Assembly (NCBI GenBank): GCA_964655515.1
Contig: CAZZPF010000009.1
Coordinates: forward strand, 1-35,577
Direction: 5' to 3'
From: an uncultured Candidatus Saccharibacteria bacterium
Lineage (GTDB): Bacteria > Patescibacteriota > Minisyncoccia > Phycocordibacterales > PALSA-1337
Length of the DNA: 35,577 nucleotides
Below are positions 1 through 9,297 of this stretch, in pieces; within the stretch, counting starts at the first letter, position 1, and the number at the start of each line of letters is the position of its first letter. A program made the translations under genes and the position numbers. A model generated the notes under the pieces. That model was not told the origin of the DNA. It worked only from the letters and a program-made list of their open reading frames with translations, and did not search any database.

Positions 1-48
1 ATTATTGCCTTGTTTAAATACATAAATTTTATAATGAGTTAATAATAA

Positions 49-537
49 TTATGCTCCCTTCACCATTTCATCAATACTTTTATCCATCTCTTCAATTGAA
101 GCGGGGGTTACTACTGGGGGTGTAACCTTAGTTTCTATAGCTAGTTCTGGTTGAATCTCTGTTCCTAATACATCTTCAGTTTTTATGATAGATGCAACAA
201 CAGCTTTTTTCCCTAGATATGTAGGCTCTTTGATGGTATTTATGATAAGCATTCTAAGCATATGTGGATTTTCCTCAAACGCTTTCTTTATGCCCTCAAT
301 CTCCTTCTTTGCTAGCTCAAACTTGAACCAGCCGAAATACCCTTGATCAAATTTGTGATTGAAGCCCGCAATCTTCTTGACCATAGTATATGCTAGTGTT
401 TTAAGTTCTGGATCCTCTTCGGCAATAAAAATTGCCCCTTTCTTTGAAAGGATTTCCTTTAGAGTTGTGACTTCAGATATCACTTTCTCTTGTGGAATTG
501 AAGATATCAAGAGATATCCTATTTCATATACCTGCAT
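49..537 (-). CDS. rpsF: 30S ribosomal protein S6
   Basis: Translation starts MQVYEIGYLL and contains LAYTMVKK, an S6-like pattern. An AAGGAAG RBS lies about 5 nt upstream of the ATG at 537. The tail is acidic and Pro-rich. The ORF also extends to an upstream ATG at 567, which lacks a good RBS. Confidence 0.6.
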   Translation of the reverse strand: MQVYEIGYLLISSIPQEKVISEVTTLKEILSKKGAIFIAEEDPELKTLAYTMVKKIAGFNHKFDQGYFGWFKFELAKKEIEGIKKAFEENPHMLRMLIINTIKEPTYLGKKAVVASIIKTEDVLGTEIQPELAIETKVTPPVVTPASIEEMDKSIDEMVKGA

Positions 538-818
538 CTTATCTTCCTTTAACGCTTTTTCTTGCATGTCTTTATGCCTTTTTAGGCAATAGTGAGCAAT
601 AATCCGCCCTTTAGTTCTTTATTTTAGCGGAGCATGGCCGTGCCAGCCAAGATTGTTCACATATTAAGTTGTTAATTTGCACGTACATGCAGACTAGCAT
701 ATAGAAAGAGATAGATCAACTATCAATGTCATGGTGAATGACATGGTGACATGTTAGCAAAGTGAGATGAAGATAGAATAAAAAAAGTATTAAATCTTAA
801 TGAATTTTTAATTTTTTT

Positions 819-1592
819 CTATATAGAAAACAATTTTTTCGCATTGTCAACAAGATGTGGTAATACTTTTTCAGGAGATTCGCCTTTGATTGAAGCAATG
901 GTGTGCGCAATCTCTGTTATAAAAGATGGTTCATTTCTTTGACCACGATAAGGTATTGGTGCCACAAGTGGCGCATCTGTTTCTGACATAATCATATTTA
1001 ATGGAACATTTTTAATTATTTCATTATAATCTTTAGCGAAAGTGATCACTCCAGTAAAAGATAATCTGAAACCTAAATCTAAAAATTGTTTGCCTTCTTG
1101 CCAATTTCCAGCAAAAAAATGCACATTGCCATGAACTTTGGCGTGTTTCTTTATAATTTCAATTGCATCTTTATATGCATTTTGCTCTTGTTGTATTCCA
1201 TTTCTCAAATGCAACATGAGTGGTTTTTTGACTTCATTTGCAATGGCGATTTGACCCTCAAATATTTCCTGTTGTGTGGCACGATTTTCATATCCTTGAC
1301 GATAATAATCAAAACCACATTCACCTATTCCTACGACTTTTGGATGTTCAGCAAGTTTTTTATATGAATTAAAATTAAATGTCTCACATGGAATTTCTAT
1401 TGGATGTAAGCCAATAATTGCCCAGATATCAGGATTTTCTTCGGCAAGTTTAATTGCTTTTTTTGAAGTTTCAAGGTTATTGCCAACTACTATCATACCT
1501 ACTTCTTTCTCTCTGGCTCGCGAAATCACATCAGCTTGGTCAATATCAAATGCCTCAAAGTTAAGATGGCAGTGTATGTCAATATATTTCAT
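819..1592 (-). CDS. tatD: TatD family metal-dependent hydrolase
   Basis: The N-terminus reads IDIHCHLNF and later motifs include GECGFDYY, HLR, VHFF and SETDAP, as in TatD metal ligands. The ATG at 1592 sits directly after the metG stop. The track ORF begins at a TTG at 1607. Confidence 0.8.
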   Translation of the reverse strand: MKYIDIHCHLNFEAFDIDQADVISRAREKEVGMIVVGNNLETSKKAIKLAEENPDIWAIIGLHPIEIPCETFNFNSYKKLAEHPKVVGIGECGFDYYRQGYENRATQQEIFEGQIAIANEVKKPLMLHLRNGIQQEQNAYKDAIEIIKKHAKVHGNVHFFAGNWQEGKQFLDLGFRLSFTGVITFAKDYNEIIKNVPLNMIMSETDAPLVAPIPYRGQRNEPSFITEIAHTIASIKGESPEKVLPHLVDNAKKLFSI

Positions 1593-1593
1593 A

Positions 1594-3036
1594 TTATTTT
1601 CTGACAAACAACGGTCGTACTGGCATTTTACCTCTCTTCACACATTCTTGTATTTCAATTGAGGTTGAAGGTAAAATAGGTTCAAGGGCTTTGGCTATAT
1701 GCCATATAGAAGCAAGGAGAAAAGACATTTGCTTTTTTGCCTTTTGAGGGTCAATTTTTATAGTCTTGAATGGTTCATTTTCCTGAATATATTTATCGGT
1801 TTCCTGAATCCTTTCCCAAATATCATCACAAACTTTATTTATTTCGTAGCGAGCATAAAAATCAGCATGTTTCTTAGAATCAAGAGCTGGTGCAGATTTT
1901 TCATCCAATTTAAGATCATTTGCTTCCACCATTTTCATAACTCTACTAACTAAATTTCCTAGACCGTTTGCCAGATAAGCATTGTAAGCTTGTTTGAATT
2001 TCTCCAAAGTGAAGGGGCTGTCTTCAAATGGATGGACTTCGCGAAGTAAATAATAACGCAATGCCGAAGCTCCATATTCTTTTATAATATCAAGTGGATT
2101 GACAACATTACCTAAGGATTTGCTCATTTTTATACCGCCTTCGCCGGTTATAAAACCGTTGATCACTATTTGGCGAGAATTCGGCAAACCAACCGACATT
2201 AGCATTGCTTGCCACATTGCGCTTTGCTGACGGAGATTATCTTTACCGCAGTACTGCACTACATTTTCAGAATCCACCCACCATTTTTTAAATTTCTTTT
2301 GATCATCAGGCCAACCAATGGCTGAAATATAGCTTACCAAAGCAGCAAACCATACATACATGACATGACTATCATCGTCAGGCACTGCTATTCCCCATGG
2401 CATTTTGCTTGTGAGGCGTGAGATACTGAAGTCCTGCAAACCCCTTTCTACAAAAGCTTTTATTTCATTATATCTAAATGAAGGAATGACAAAATCTGGA
2501 TTATTTTTATAAAACTCAAAAAGTGGTATAACAAATTCAGAAAATTTAAAAAAATAATTATCTTCATCAATTTCTTCAATTGCCATTAATGGATGTATTG
2601 GACATTTTTCATCAACAAGTTCGCTATCCGTTTTTTCAAGTTCACATCCCACGCAATATTTGATTTTATAATTCTTTTTATAAATAAATCCTTGATTTTT
2701 ACAAAGTTTCCAAAAAGCTTGAGCGGATTTTATATGATGGGCATCTGTAGTACGGATAAAGTTAACATCAGGAGAAATTTCTAAAAGTGAAATAAGTTCT
2801 TTAAATTTCGCAGTGTTATTATCTACATATTTTTGTGGATCCTGACCTAAGGCAATAGCGTTGCTGTGAACTTTGGCACCATATTCATCTGTTCCAGTAT
2901 TGAAAAAAACATCATAGCCCTCAATCTTTTTTGCTCGTGCAATCACATCAGCTTTAATAAATTCAAGGGCATGACCTATGTGTGGATCGGCATTTACATA
3001 AGGAAGAGTTGTGGTGATATAAAAATTCTTTGACAT
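1594..3036 (-). CDS. metG: methionine--tRNA ligase
   Basis: This is a class I aaRS. PYVNADPHIGH supplies the HIGH motif and KMSKSLGN the KMSKS motif. A CVGC...CPIH zinc-knuckle-like segment is present. Confidence 0.9.
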   Translation of the reverse strand: MSKNFYITTTLPYVNADPHIGHALEFIKADVIARAKKIEGYDVFFNTGTDEYGAKVHSNAIALGQDPQKYVDNNTAKFKELISLLEISPDVNFIRTTDAHHIKSAQAFWKLCKNQGFIYKKNYKIKYCVGCELEKTDSELVDEKCPIHPLMAIEEIDEDNYFFKFSEFVIPLFEFYKNNPDFVIPSFRYNEIKAFVERGLQDFSISRLTSKMPWGIAVPDDDSHVMYVWFAALVSYISAIGWPDDQKKFKKWWVDSENVVQYCGKDNLRQQSAMWQAMLMSVGLPNSRQIVINGFITGEGGIKMSKSLGNVVNPLDIIKEYGASALRYYLLREVHPFEDSPFTLEKFKQAYNAYLANGLGNLVSRVMKMVEANDLKLDEKSAPALDSKKHADFYARYEINKVCDDIWERIQETDKYIQENEPFKTIKIDPQKAKKQMSFLLASIWHIAKALEPILPSTSIEIQECVKRGKMPVRPLFVRK

Positions 3037-3062
3037 ATGGCAAATGTTAATTCAAGTCCTTA

Positions 3063-4118
3063 TTATATCAGAGAGTTTTTATATAATCTTTTATCTTCTT
3101 CAAGATCATTAACATATTCCATAAGAGCTGATGCAATAGGAACAGCAAGTAAAACTCCTATAAAACCTGCGAGCTTGGCACCTATAACTAGTGCGATAAT
3201 AACAATAATTGGTGATATGCCGATAATTTTTCTAACTACCAGAGGATATAGAAGATGATTTTCAAATTGATGAATTATGATATATAAACCAATAACCAAA
3301 AGACCGCTAGTAATTGCACCATTAACAACAGCTATTAGTACTGCTGGTACAGCTGATAATATAGGACCAAATATTGGAATGAGTTCAAATACTGCCGCGA
3401 TAGAAGCTAGAAGTAATGCATGTTTAATACCCAGTATCATAAGTCCTAAATATACAAGAATGCCGATAATAAAACCTAGTAATAATTGCCCTTGCATCCA
3501 ATATCCTATTTTTCTCTGTGATCTTTTCCAAAGATTGATAATGTAATCATGATGTTTGGGCGGTGAAACAATTCTTAAAAAATTTCCTACTCCATCTTGC
3601 TGAACTGCCAGATAAAATGAAAGAACGATCATAAGAACAAAACTCAATGCTCCACCAAAGATAATGCTAGCAGTTTTAAATGCACTTTCGCTAGTTCCCG
3701 GCACGAATGTTTTCAATGATTCAATGAACTGTTTTATAGAAAAACTTTTATCTGAAATTGTCTCTACTAATTGATTTGTTGAAGAAAAGCCGATATCACT
3801 AAGACTGATATTTTCAGGAATATTATTGAGATAGACTACGGCTTCCTCAAGAAGTGAGGGTAAGAAAAATACAAAAAATAGTATGAGTATGAGAGTAATC
3901 AATAAATAAATAAATATTACAGCAAGTAGGCGTTTTATTCTCTTTTTTTCAGCCCAAAGTACCAATGGTTCAATAGAAGAAGCTATTACAACAGCCGCCA
4001 AAATGACAAGAACAATATCTCTGATATAGAATAATCCCCAAATTAGCAAGATAATAAGGGCTATTTTGACTACAGTGCTTGAATTTATGGTTATATTAAA
4101 ATTTCGTCCATCGTTCAT
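3063..4118 (-). CDS. AI-2E family transporter (PerM/UPF0118-like) membrane protein
   Basis: The protein is polytopic and hydrophobic. Its C-terminal segment PIIVIIALVIGAKLAGFIGVLLAVPIAS is typical of the AI-2E family. Confidence 0.7.
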   Translation of the reverse strand: MNDGRNFNITINSSTVVKIALIILLIWGLFYIRDIVLVILAAVVIASSIEPLVLWAEKKRIKRLLAVIFIYLLITLILILFFVFFLPSLLEEAVVYLNNIPENISLSDIGFSSTNQLVETISDKSFSIKQFIESLKTFVPGTSESAFKTASIIFGGALSFVLMIVLSFYLAVQQDGVGNFLRIVSPPKHHDYIINLWKRSQRKIGYWMQGQLLLGFIIGILVYLGLMILGIKHALLLASIAAVFELIPIFGPILSAVPAVLIAVVNGAITSGLLVIGLYIIIHQFENHLLYPLVVRKIIGISPIIVIIALVIGAKLAGFIGVLLAVPIASALMEYVNDLEEDKRLYKNSLI

Positions 4119-4139
4119 ATCTTGAGTATAGCACTATGT

Positions 4140-5414
4140 CTAATTTTTGAAAGTAAGTAATGAAATAAAGTGGTTGGGGTCTTTATAGGGACCAATAATG
4201 GCAAGGTTGAGTTTCTCGTCAACAAAAATATTTTTTGCAATTTTTTTAACTTCTTGTGCTGTAACTTTTTGGATTCTTTTTATTTCTTCTTGAGGTAATT
4301 CAATTTTACTTTTTAGTATTTGACTTATGGCCACATATTCAGCTTGAGCATCTGATGTTTCAAGTCCTAATACAAGTGAGCCAGAAATATAATCCTTTAC
4401 CTTTTTAAGTTCTTCTTTTGAAATGGGCTCGTGAATAATTCTCTTACATTCAGACATAAGTGTTGTAATCACTTCATCTATCCTTTTTGTATCAATGCCG
4501 ACAGAAATAGTGAACAGGCCATGATCAGTATATGCATCATGATTGGCATGGACATAATATCCTACCCCCATTTCATCACGAAGTTTTTGAAAAAGTCTTG
4601 AACTCATTCCCCTACCTAATAAAGTAGATAGAACTGTCAGGGCGGAATCATTTTTACTTTTTGCTTTGTAAGATCTAAAACCAAGTATTATGTGTGCTTG
4701 ATCTGTTTCTTTAAATTTTACAAGAATTTCGGGTTTTGATTGTTTCTCTTTTACTGGAATTTTGGTGAGATTTTTAGCTTGAGATATCTTTGAAAATGCT
4801 TTTTTAATTTTTTCTATAGTATCTTTTTCATCAAATGAACCAGAGACTATTACAGATGTTGCTTCTGCCACATAGTGATCTTTTCTATATTTAATAAAAT
4901 TTTCTTTATTAAAGCTTTTTACATTTTTTTCTGTTCCAGCAATATTCCAACCTGCTGGCTGATCACCATAAACTAAATTCATAAATAAATCATGTATATG
5001 TCTTTGTGGCATATCTTGATACATTCTTATTTCTTCCACTATCACCCCTTTTTCCTTTTCAATTTCTTTTGAATCAAGAAGAGGGTTCAAATATATATCT
5101 GATACCACATCAAGAGCTGTATTTATGTGTTTGGGACTAACTTTGGCATAATATCCAGTATATTCTTGTGAAGTAAAGGCATTGTATTGTGCTCCGAGAG
5201 AGTCCAGCTCTCTAGAAATATCTATTGCTTTGGGTCTTCTGGGGGTACCCTTGAAAACCATATGTTCAAGAAAATGCGAAAGTCCATTTATCTCTTTAGT
5301 TTCATATTTTGAGCCAGTTTCAACCATCACAAGCACAGTAACTGCGGGATTGTCAGTCATTGGTACAGTAATGATTTTTAAACCATTTTTTAGAATTTGC
5401 TTATTGAATTTCAT
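4140..5414 (-). CDS. M16 family (insulinase/pitrilysin-like) zinc peptidase
   Basis: It has the inverted zinc motif HFLEHMVFKGT (HxxEH). Its 424 aa length is typical of two-domain M16B proteins. Confidence 0.8.
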   Translation of the reverse strand: MKFNKQILKNGLKIITVPMTDNPAVTVLVMVETGSKYETKEINGLSHFLEHMVFKGTPRRPKAIDISRELDSLGAQYNAFTSQEYTGYYAKVSPKHINTALDVVSDIYLNPLLDSKEIEKEKGVIVEEIRMYQDMPQRHIHDLFMNLVYGDQPAGWNIAGTEKNVKSFNKENFIKYRKDHYVAEATSVIVSGSFDEKDTIEKIKKAFSKISQAKNLTKIPVKEKQSKPEILVKFKETDQAHIILGFRSYKAKSKNDSALTVLSTLLGRGMSSRLFQKLRDEMGVGYYVHANHDAYTDHGLFTISVGIDTKRIDEVITTLMSECKRIIHEPISKEELKKVKDYISGSLVLGLETSDAQAEYVAISQILKSKIELPQEEIKRIQKVTAQEVKKIAKNIFVDEKLNLAIIGPYKDPNHFISLLTFKN

Positions 5415-6612
5415 TATTTATTTTTACTAATAAATCCTCAATTTTAATCCTTTGCTGTTTTCCACTGTCTCTATCCCGAACAGTCACCCCATTCCCCTTT
5501 TCAATAGTTTCAAAATCAACGGTTACGCAAAAAGGTGTACCTATTTCATCTTGTCTGCGATAGCGCTTGCCAATATTTCCATTATCATCAAAGGCAATTG
5601 CAGAAATTTCTTTTTTTAACATTTTATAAATTTCTTGAGCTTTTTCTACGAGTTGAGGTTTATTTTTAAGTAAAGGAAAGACCGCAACTTTTACCGGAGC
5701 AATTCTCGGTAAAAGTTTCAGATAGACTCTTTGCTCACCGTCTATTTCATCTTCGGTGTAAGCATCAGATAAAACTGCCAAAACTATTCTTTCAACACCG
5801 AAAGAGGGTTCAATACAGTGCGGAATAAATTTTTCTTTTGTTTCTTCATCATAATATGAAAGATCAACTTTGCTTGCTTCAGAATGTTGTTTTAGATCAA
5901 AATCTGTACGATATGCCAGACCATATAATTCTTTTCTGCCAAAAGGAAAATCAAATTCAAAATCAATGGTTCTTTTTGAATAATGCGCTCGTTCATTATC
6001 TAGAACTTCTAGTTGGTGTATATTTTTAAGATGAATTCCAATGTCTATAATGAAAGCTTCAGTTTCCTTTACAAAATGTTTGAAGGTTTTTTCCCAATCC
6101 TTAGGTTTTATGAAATATTCAATTTCCATCTGTTCAAATTCTCTAGTACGAAAAATAAAATCTCTGGGTGCGATTTCATTTCTAAATGCTTTGCCAATTT
6201 GTGCAAGACCAAAGGGAAGTTTTGCACCTGTATTATCTAGAATATTTTTAAAATTAACAAACATTCCCTGGGCTGTTTCTGGACGAAGATATGAAATTGA
6301 GTTTTCATCTTCAATAACACCGACATTGGTCTTAAACATCATGTTAAATTTCTTTCCATCTACAAGCGGATCTGAAAAATCAGAAATGTGTCCACTGGCC
6401 TTCCATACATTCTGATTCATTATAATGGCCGTATCTAGACCATATATATCATCACGATCTGTTACAAAACGCTTCCACCATATTTGCTTTATATTATTTT
6501 TTAAAGTTAATCCATGATGAACAAAGTCCCACGCCCCTGCAAGACCTCCGTAGATTTCGGAGCCTTGGAAAATAAAACTCCGTCTTTTGCAAAGAGAGAT
6601 TATTTTTTCCAT
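5401..6612 (-). CDS. glyQS: glycine--tRNA ligase (dimeric class II type)
   Basis: MEKIISLCKRRSFIFQGSEIYGGLAGAWDF is a typical GlyRS N-terminus. FRNEIAPRDFIFRTREFEQMEIEYF is class II motif 2. I chose the start at the ATG at 6612 (M22 of the track ORF). Confidence 0.85.
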   Translation of the reverse strand: MEKIISLCKRRSFIFQGSEIYGGLAGAWDFVHHGLTLKNNIKQIWWKRFVTDRDDIYGLDTAIIMNQNVWKASGHISDFSDPLVDGKKFNMMFKTNVGVIEDENSISYLRPETAQGMFVNFKNILDNTGAKLPFGLAQIGKAFRNEIAPRDFIFRTREFEQMEIEYFIKPKDWEKTFKHFVKETEAFIIDIGIHLKNIHQLEVLDNERAHYSKRTIDFEFDFPFGRKELYGLAYRTDFDLKQHSEASKVDLSYYDEETKEKFIPHCIEPSFGVERIVLAVLSDAYTEDEIDGEQRVYLKLLPRIAPVKVAVFPLLKNKPQLVEKAQEIYKMLKKEISAIAFDDNGNIGKRYRRQDEIGTPFCVTVDFETIEKGNGVTVRDRDSGKQQRIKIEDLLVKINNEIQ

Positions 6613-6649
6613 TTTTTTTTCGTCTTTTAGTATCATAAATATAAATAAA

Positions 6650-8584
6650 TTACTGTACCACCTTCTCATCGCCATCTTTGAAGACCTGATCTGTGCTAAA
6701 CCGTGTTGTAAGTTGTCCTAAATTACTGTTCAATGTCTGTCCTGTAAAATCGTCTTGCGCTGTAAGACTTGCTTGATTAACCAAAACTGGAATTTGACCA
6801 ACTTGAGTTATGCTTGGTTTTAGTGAAATCTGAAAAGCTACTTCCTTTCTTCGTGAATTATTGAGTGTATATGTATCCAGATTACCAATTTTCCATGTGA
6901 TAACTCCATCAACATTATTATAAGTAATATCTTCAGTAGTAGGACTTATTTTACCGACCCATTTTACATACGGAGGTAGACTTGCATGAACTAGAGCATT
7001 TGAAACTGTACTGGAAGTATTATTAACTGTCCAAACGACTGTATATGTAGTCTGTTGTTCAGCTTTAGGTGGAATAGGGCCAGTATTTTCAAATGGACCA
7101 GTTCCTCGTAGTACTTGACCGCCAAGAGCAATATCTGAAGCAATTTTTATGTGTCTATTTGCGCTTGAAGTAATATTCTCTGGAACATCAGTTTCTGAAT
7201 TTCTTTTACCTTTAACACCGACAATTAGAGAAACATCTGGGTTCGTAATGGGTTTCAAGGAAGTGCCGAGATCTCTTGGTGTAAAGCTGAAACTTACGCG
7301 TCCATTATCACCCGCAGCAATATTTGCGAGCTCTTTTGTGGTAATTTGATTCCAAACAATTTCATTATTGACAGAATCAAAAACACCCTGGTCAGGAGAT
7401 ACAGAAACTTTATCAAGGGCAGTACCAGAAAGCTTGACATGAATTTCTCCATCAATAACTGATGTTGGTAAATTATTGAAATAAGAGATTTCAACTTTTA
7501 TAGGATGATTAAATGTAGCGATATATTCTTGATTATCAGTATCGCCTTCAAGTGAAACACCAACACTGATAAATGGCTTTTTTATAATGATTTCCTGTGT
7601 GCTTGAAATATATTCGGTACCTATGACTTTTTCATTACGAATACTTTGGGCTCCAGTACTAAAACGAAAAACTCTAGTCTCATCGTCTTGACCTTCTAGT
7701 TTGCCTTTAATTTTAATAATTTTCTTTCCACCGGGGGGTATATCACCTATTTTCCATGTAGCATTGTCTGAAAGTGGCTTTATATCAGAAGATATAAAGG
7801 TAAATCCGAATGGATAAATGGTTTTTAGTAAGAGGTTTTTTATTACTTCTTTTGAATTTGAGGTCATTGTCAATGCCATTTCAAATTCTTGATCAGAATT
7901 AACTTCCTTAAATGAAGATATTGATAGGGTTAGTGGTGATGAACTGATAAGTAAATCAAAAGTTTTTTCTTTCTGAAAAATAGCGTTAGAACCTTTAACT
8001 CTGTATTCAACACTTACTTTTATTAATTTTTTACTATTTTCTTCTCCATAAACCACAACCTTAATTGTTTTCTGACCAATTCCCCCAGGATCAATATCGG
8101 GAATTAATTCTCTAAATGTTTTTAGTTCTTTTGTGGTATCTAAAGAATCAGTAGTACCTGCAGGAAAATCTACTGAAAGATCTACTGTTTCAAGTTTTAT
8201 ATTATTTTTATTTGATACCTGCACATCAAATGATACTGGCTCACCTCCAGCCACTGATACAGGGCCATTGATAGTTATATCAATATTGTTTGCAGAAACT
8301 ATGTTGGATCCATTAAATACAAGAAGAGCACCGAGACCAAGCGCTAGAATAAAAAATATAATAGATCCTATAAGAAGTTTAGTAAAAAATGACATGGAAT
8401 GATCTTCATAACGATTATTCAAATCAACATCCTCAGGTAGTTTTTCATGATGCTCCCAGTCAGTCTTCACTTCTATTTCCTGCGGTTCGAATCTAAGTCT
8501 TCGCTTGGTGCGAATGTCTGGTGCTGTTCGCGAGTAAAGGGACTTCTTAAGTTCTTCAATCCTGCTTTTTTCTTCGGGAGTCAT
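6650..8584 (-). CDS. membrane-anchored surface protein with repeated beta-sandwich-like modules, function unknown
   Basis: It has a charged N-terminal region of about 65 aa, then a single TM helix (FFTKLLIGSIIFFILALGLGALLVF). A long Ser/Thr/Asn/Val-rich region follows, with recurring strand-like patterns such as V..G..V.F.V.V.N. I recognise no catalytic motif. Confidence 0.45.
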   Translation of the reverse strand: MTPEEKSRIEELKKSLYSRTAPDIRTKRRLRFEPQEIEVKTDWEHHEKLPEDVDLNNRYEDHSMSFFTKLLIGSIIFFILALGLGALLVFNGSNIVSANNIDITINGPVSVAGGEPVSFDVQVSNKNNIKLETVDLSVDFPAGTTDSLDTTKELKTFRELIPDIDPGGIGQKTIKVVVYGEENSKKLIKVSVEYRVKGSNAIFQKEKTFDLLISSSPLTLSISSFKEVNSDQEFEMALTMTSNSKEVIKNLLLKTIYPFGFTFISSDIKPLSDNATWKIGDIPPGGKKIIKIKGKLEGQDDETRVFRFSTGAQSIRNEKVIGTEYISSTQEIIIKKPFISVGVSLEGDTDNQEYIATFNHPIKVEISYFNNLPTSVIDGEIHVKLSGTALDKVSVSPDQGVFDSVNNEIVWNQITTKELANIAAGDNGRVSFSFTPRDLGTSLKPITNPDVSLIVGVKGKRNSETDVPENITSSANRHIKIASDIALGGQVLRGTGPFENTGPIPPKAEQQTTYTVVWTVNNTSSTVSNALVHASLPPYVKWVGKISPTTEDITYNNVDGVITWKIGNLDTYTLNNSRRKEVAFQISLKPSITQVGQIPVLVNQASLTAQDDFTGQTLNSNLGQLTTRFSTDQVFKDGDEKVVQ

Positions 8585-8598
8585 ACTCTGATATTATA

Positions 8599-9153
8599 TC
8601 ATAACTGACTTTCCTTTAGAGCAGAGTTTATCACTTTAACAACTATTTGTCTTATAGCATTGATATTTTTAATAATATCATCATTAATTGAAGTATTTTT
8701 TAAAAATATGTTCAGTTTATCAATATTGTTTATATATCCTAATGTATTAAGTATTCTCAAAACTGTTATACATTCAACCGCATCATGGTCTTTGTCTGTA
8801 ATTTCAGTTTTATATAATTCTTTTATAATTTCAAATAATTTTTCATTTTTTTCTTCGCCATGAAGTAATCTTTTAAGAAATTTCAGTATTTTATTATGTA
8901 GTAAGATACTTTTTGTATGTGGAATTTCATGAGCTCCTGTTACTCTCCATACTTCCTTTCCTCGCACCACAGAAACATTTGAATACGAAAAATCTTGTAA
9001 ATGATATCGCAGTTTTGAACTTGGAAGTCTTATGCCTTGCGCTGTAGCCCCAATCATTCCAAAATTTTCAGTGAACAACAACAAAAACTTCCCCGCTTCA
9101 CCGTGAGAGGTGCTGTGTATAACGAAGGCGGGAGTTGTGTAGATGTGGTGCAT
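8599..9153 (-). CDS. recO: DNA repair protein RecO-like (short form)
   Basis: The N-terminal OB-fold-like pattern AFVIHSTSHGEAGKFLLLFTENFGMIGATAQGIRLPSSKL resembles RecO. At 184 aa it is shorter than canonical RecO. Confidence 0.45.
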   Translation of the reverse strand: MHHIYTTPAFVIHSTSHGEAGKFLLLFTENFGMIGATAQGIRLPSSKLRYHLQDFSYSNVSVVRGKEVWRVTGAHEIPHTKSILLHNKILKFLKRLLHGEEKNEKLFEIIKELYKTEITDKDHDAVECITVLRILNTLGYINNIDKLNIFLKNTSINDDIIKNINAIRQIVVKVINSALKESQL

Positions 9154-9297
9154 GGTGAGATTTTTAGGATAATTAAAAAGCGCTTTATTTAAGGCATTTT
9201 ATTGTAAGTTAATATTGATAATTATACATTATATAATATGCAAAATGTAATATGTGGGTTATACTATATGAAGTTATTAATAACTAAATAAAAAAAT

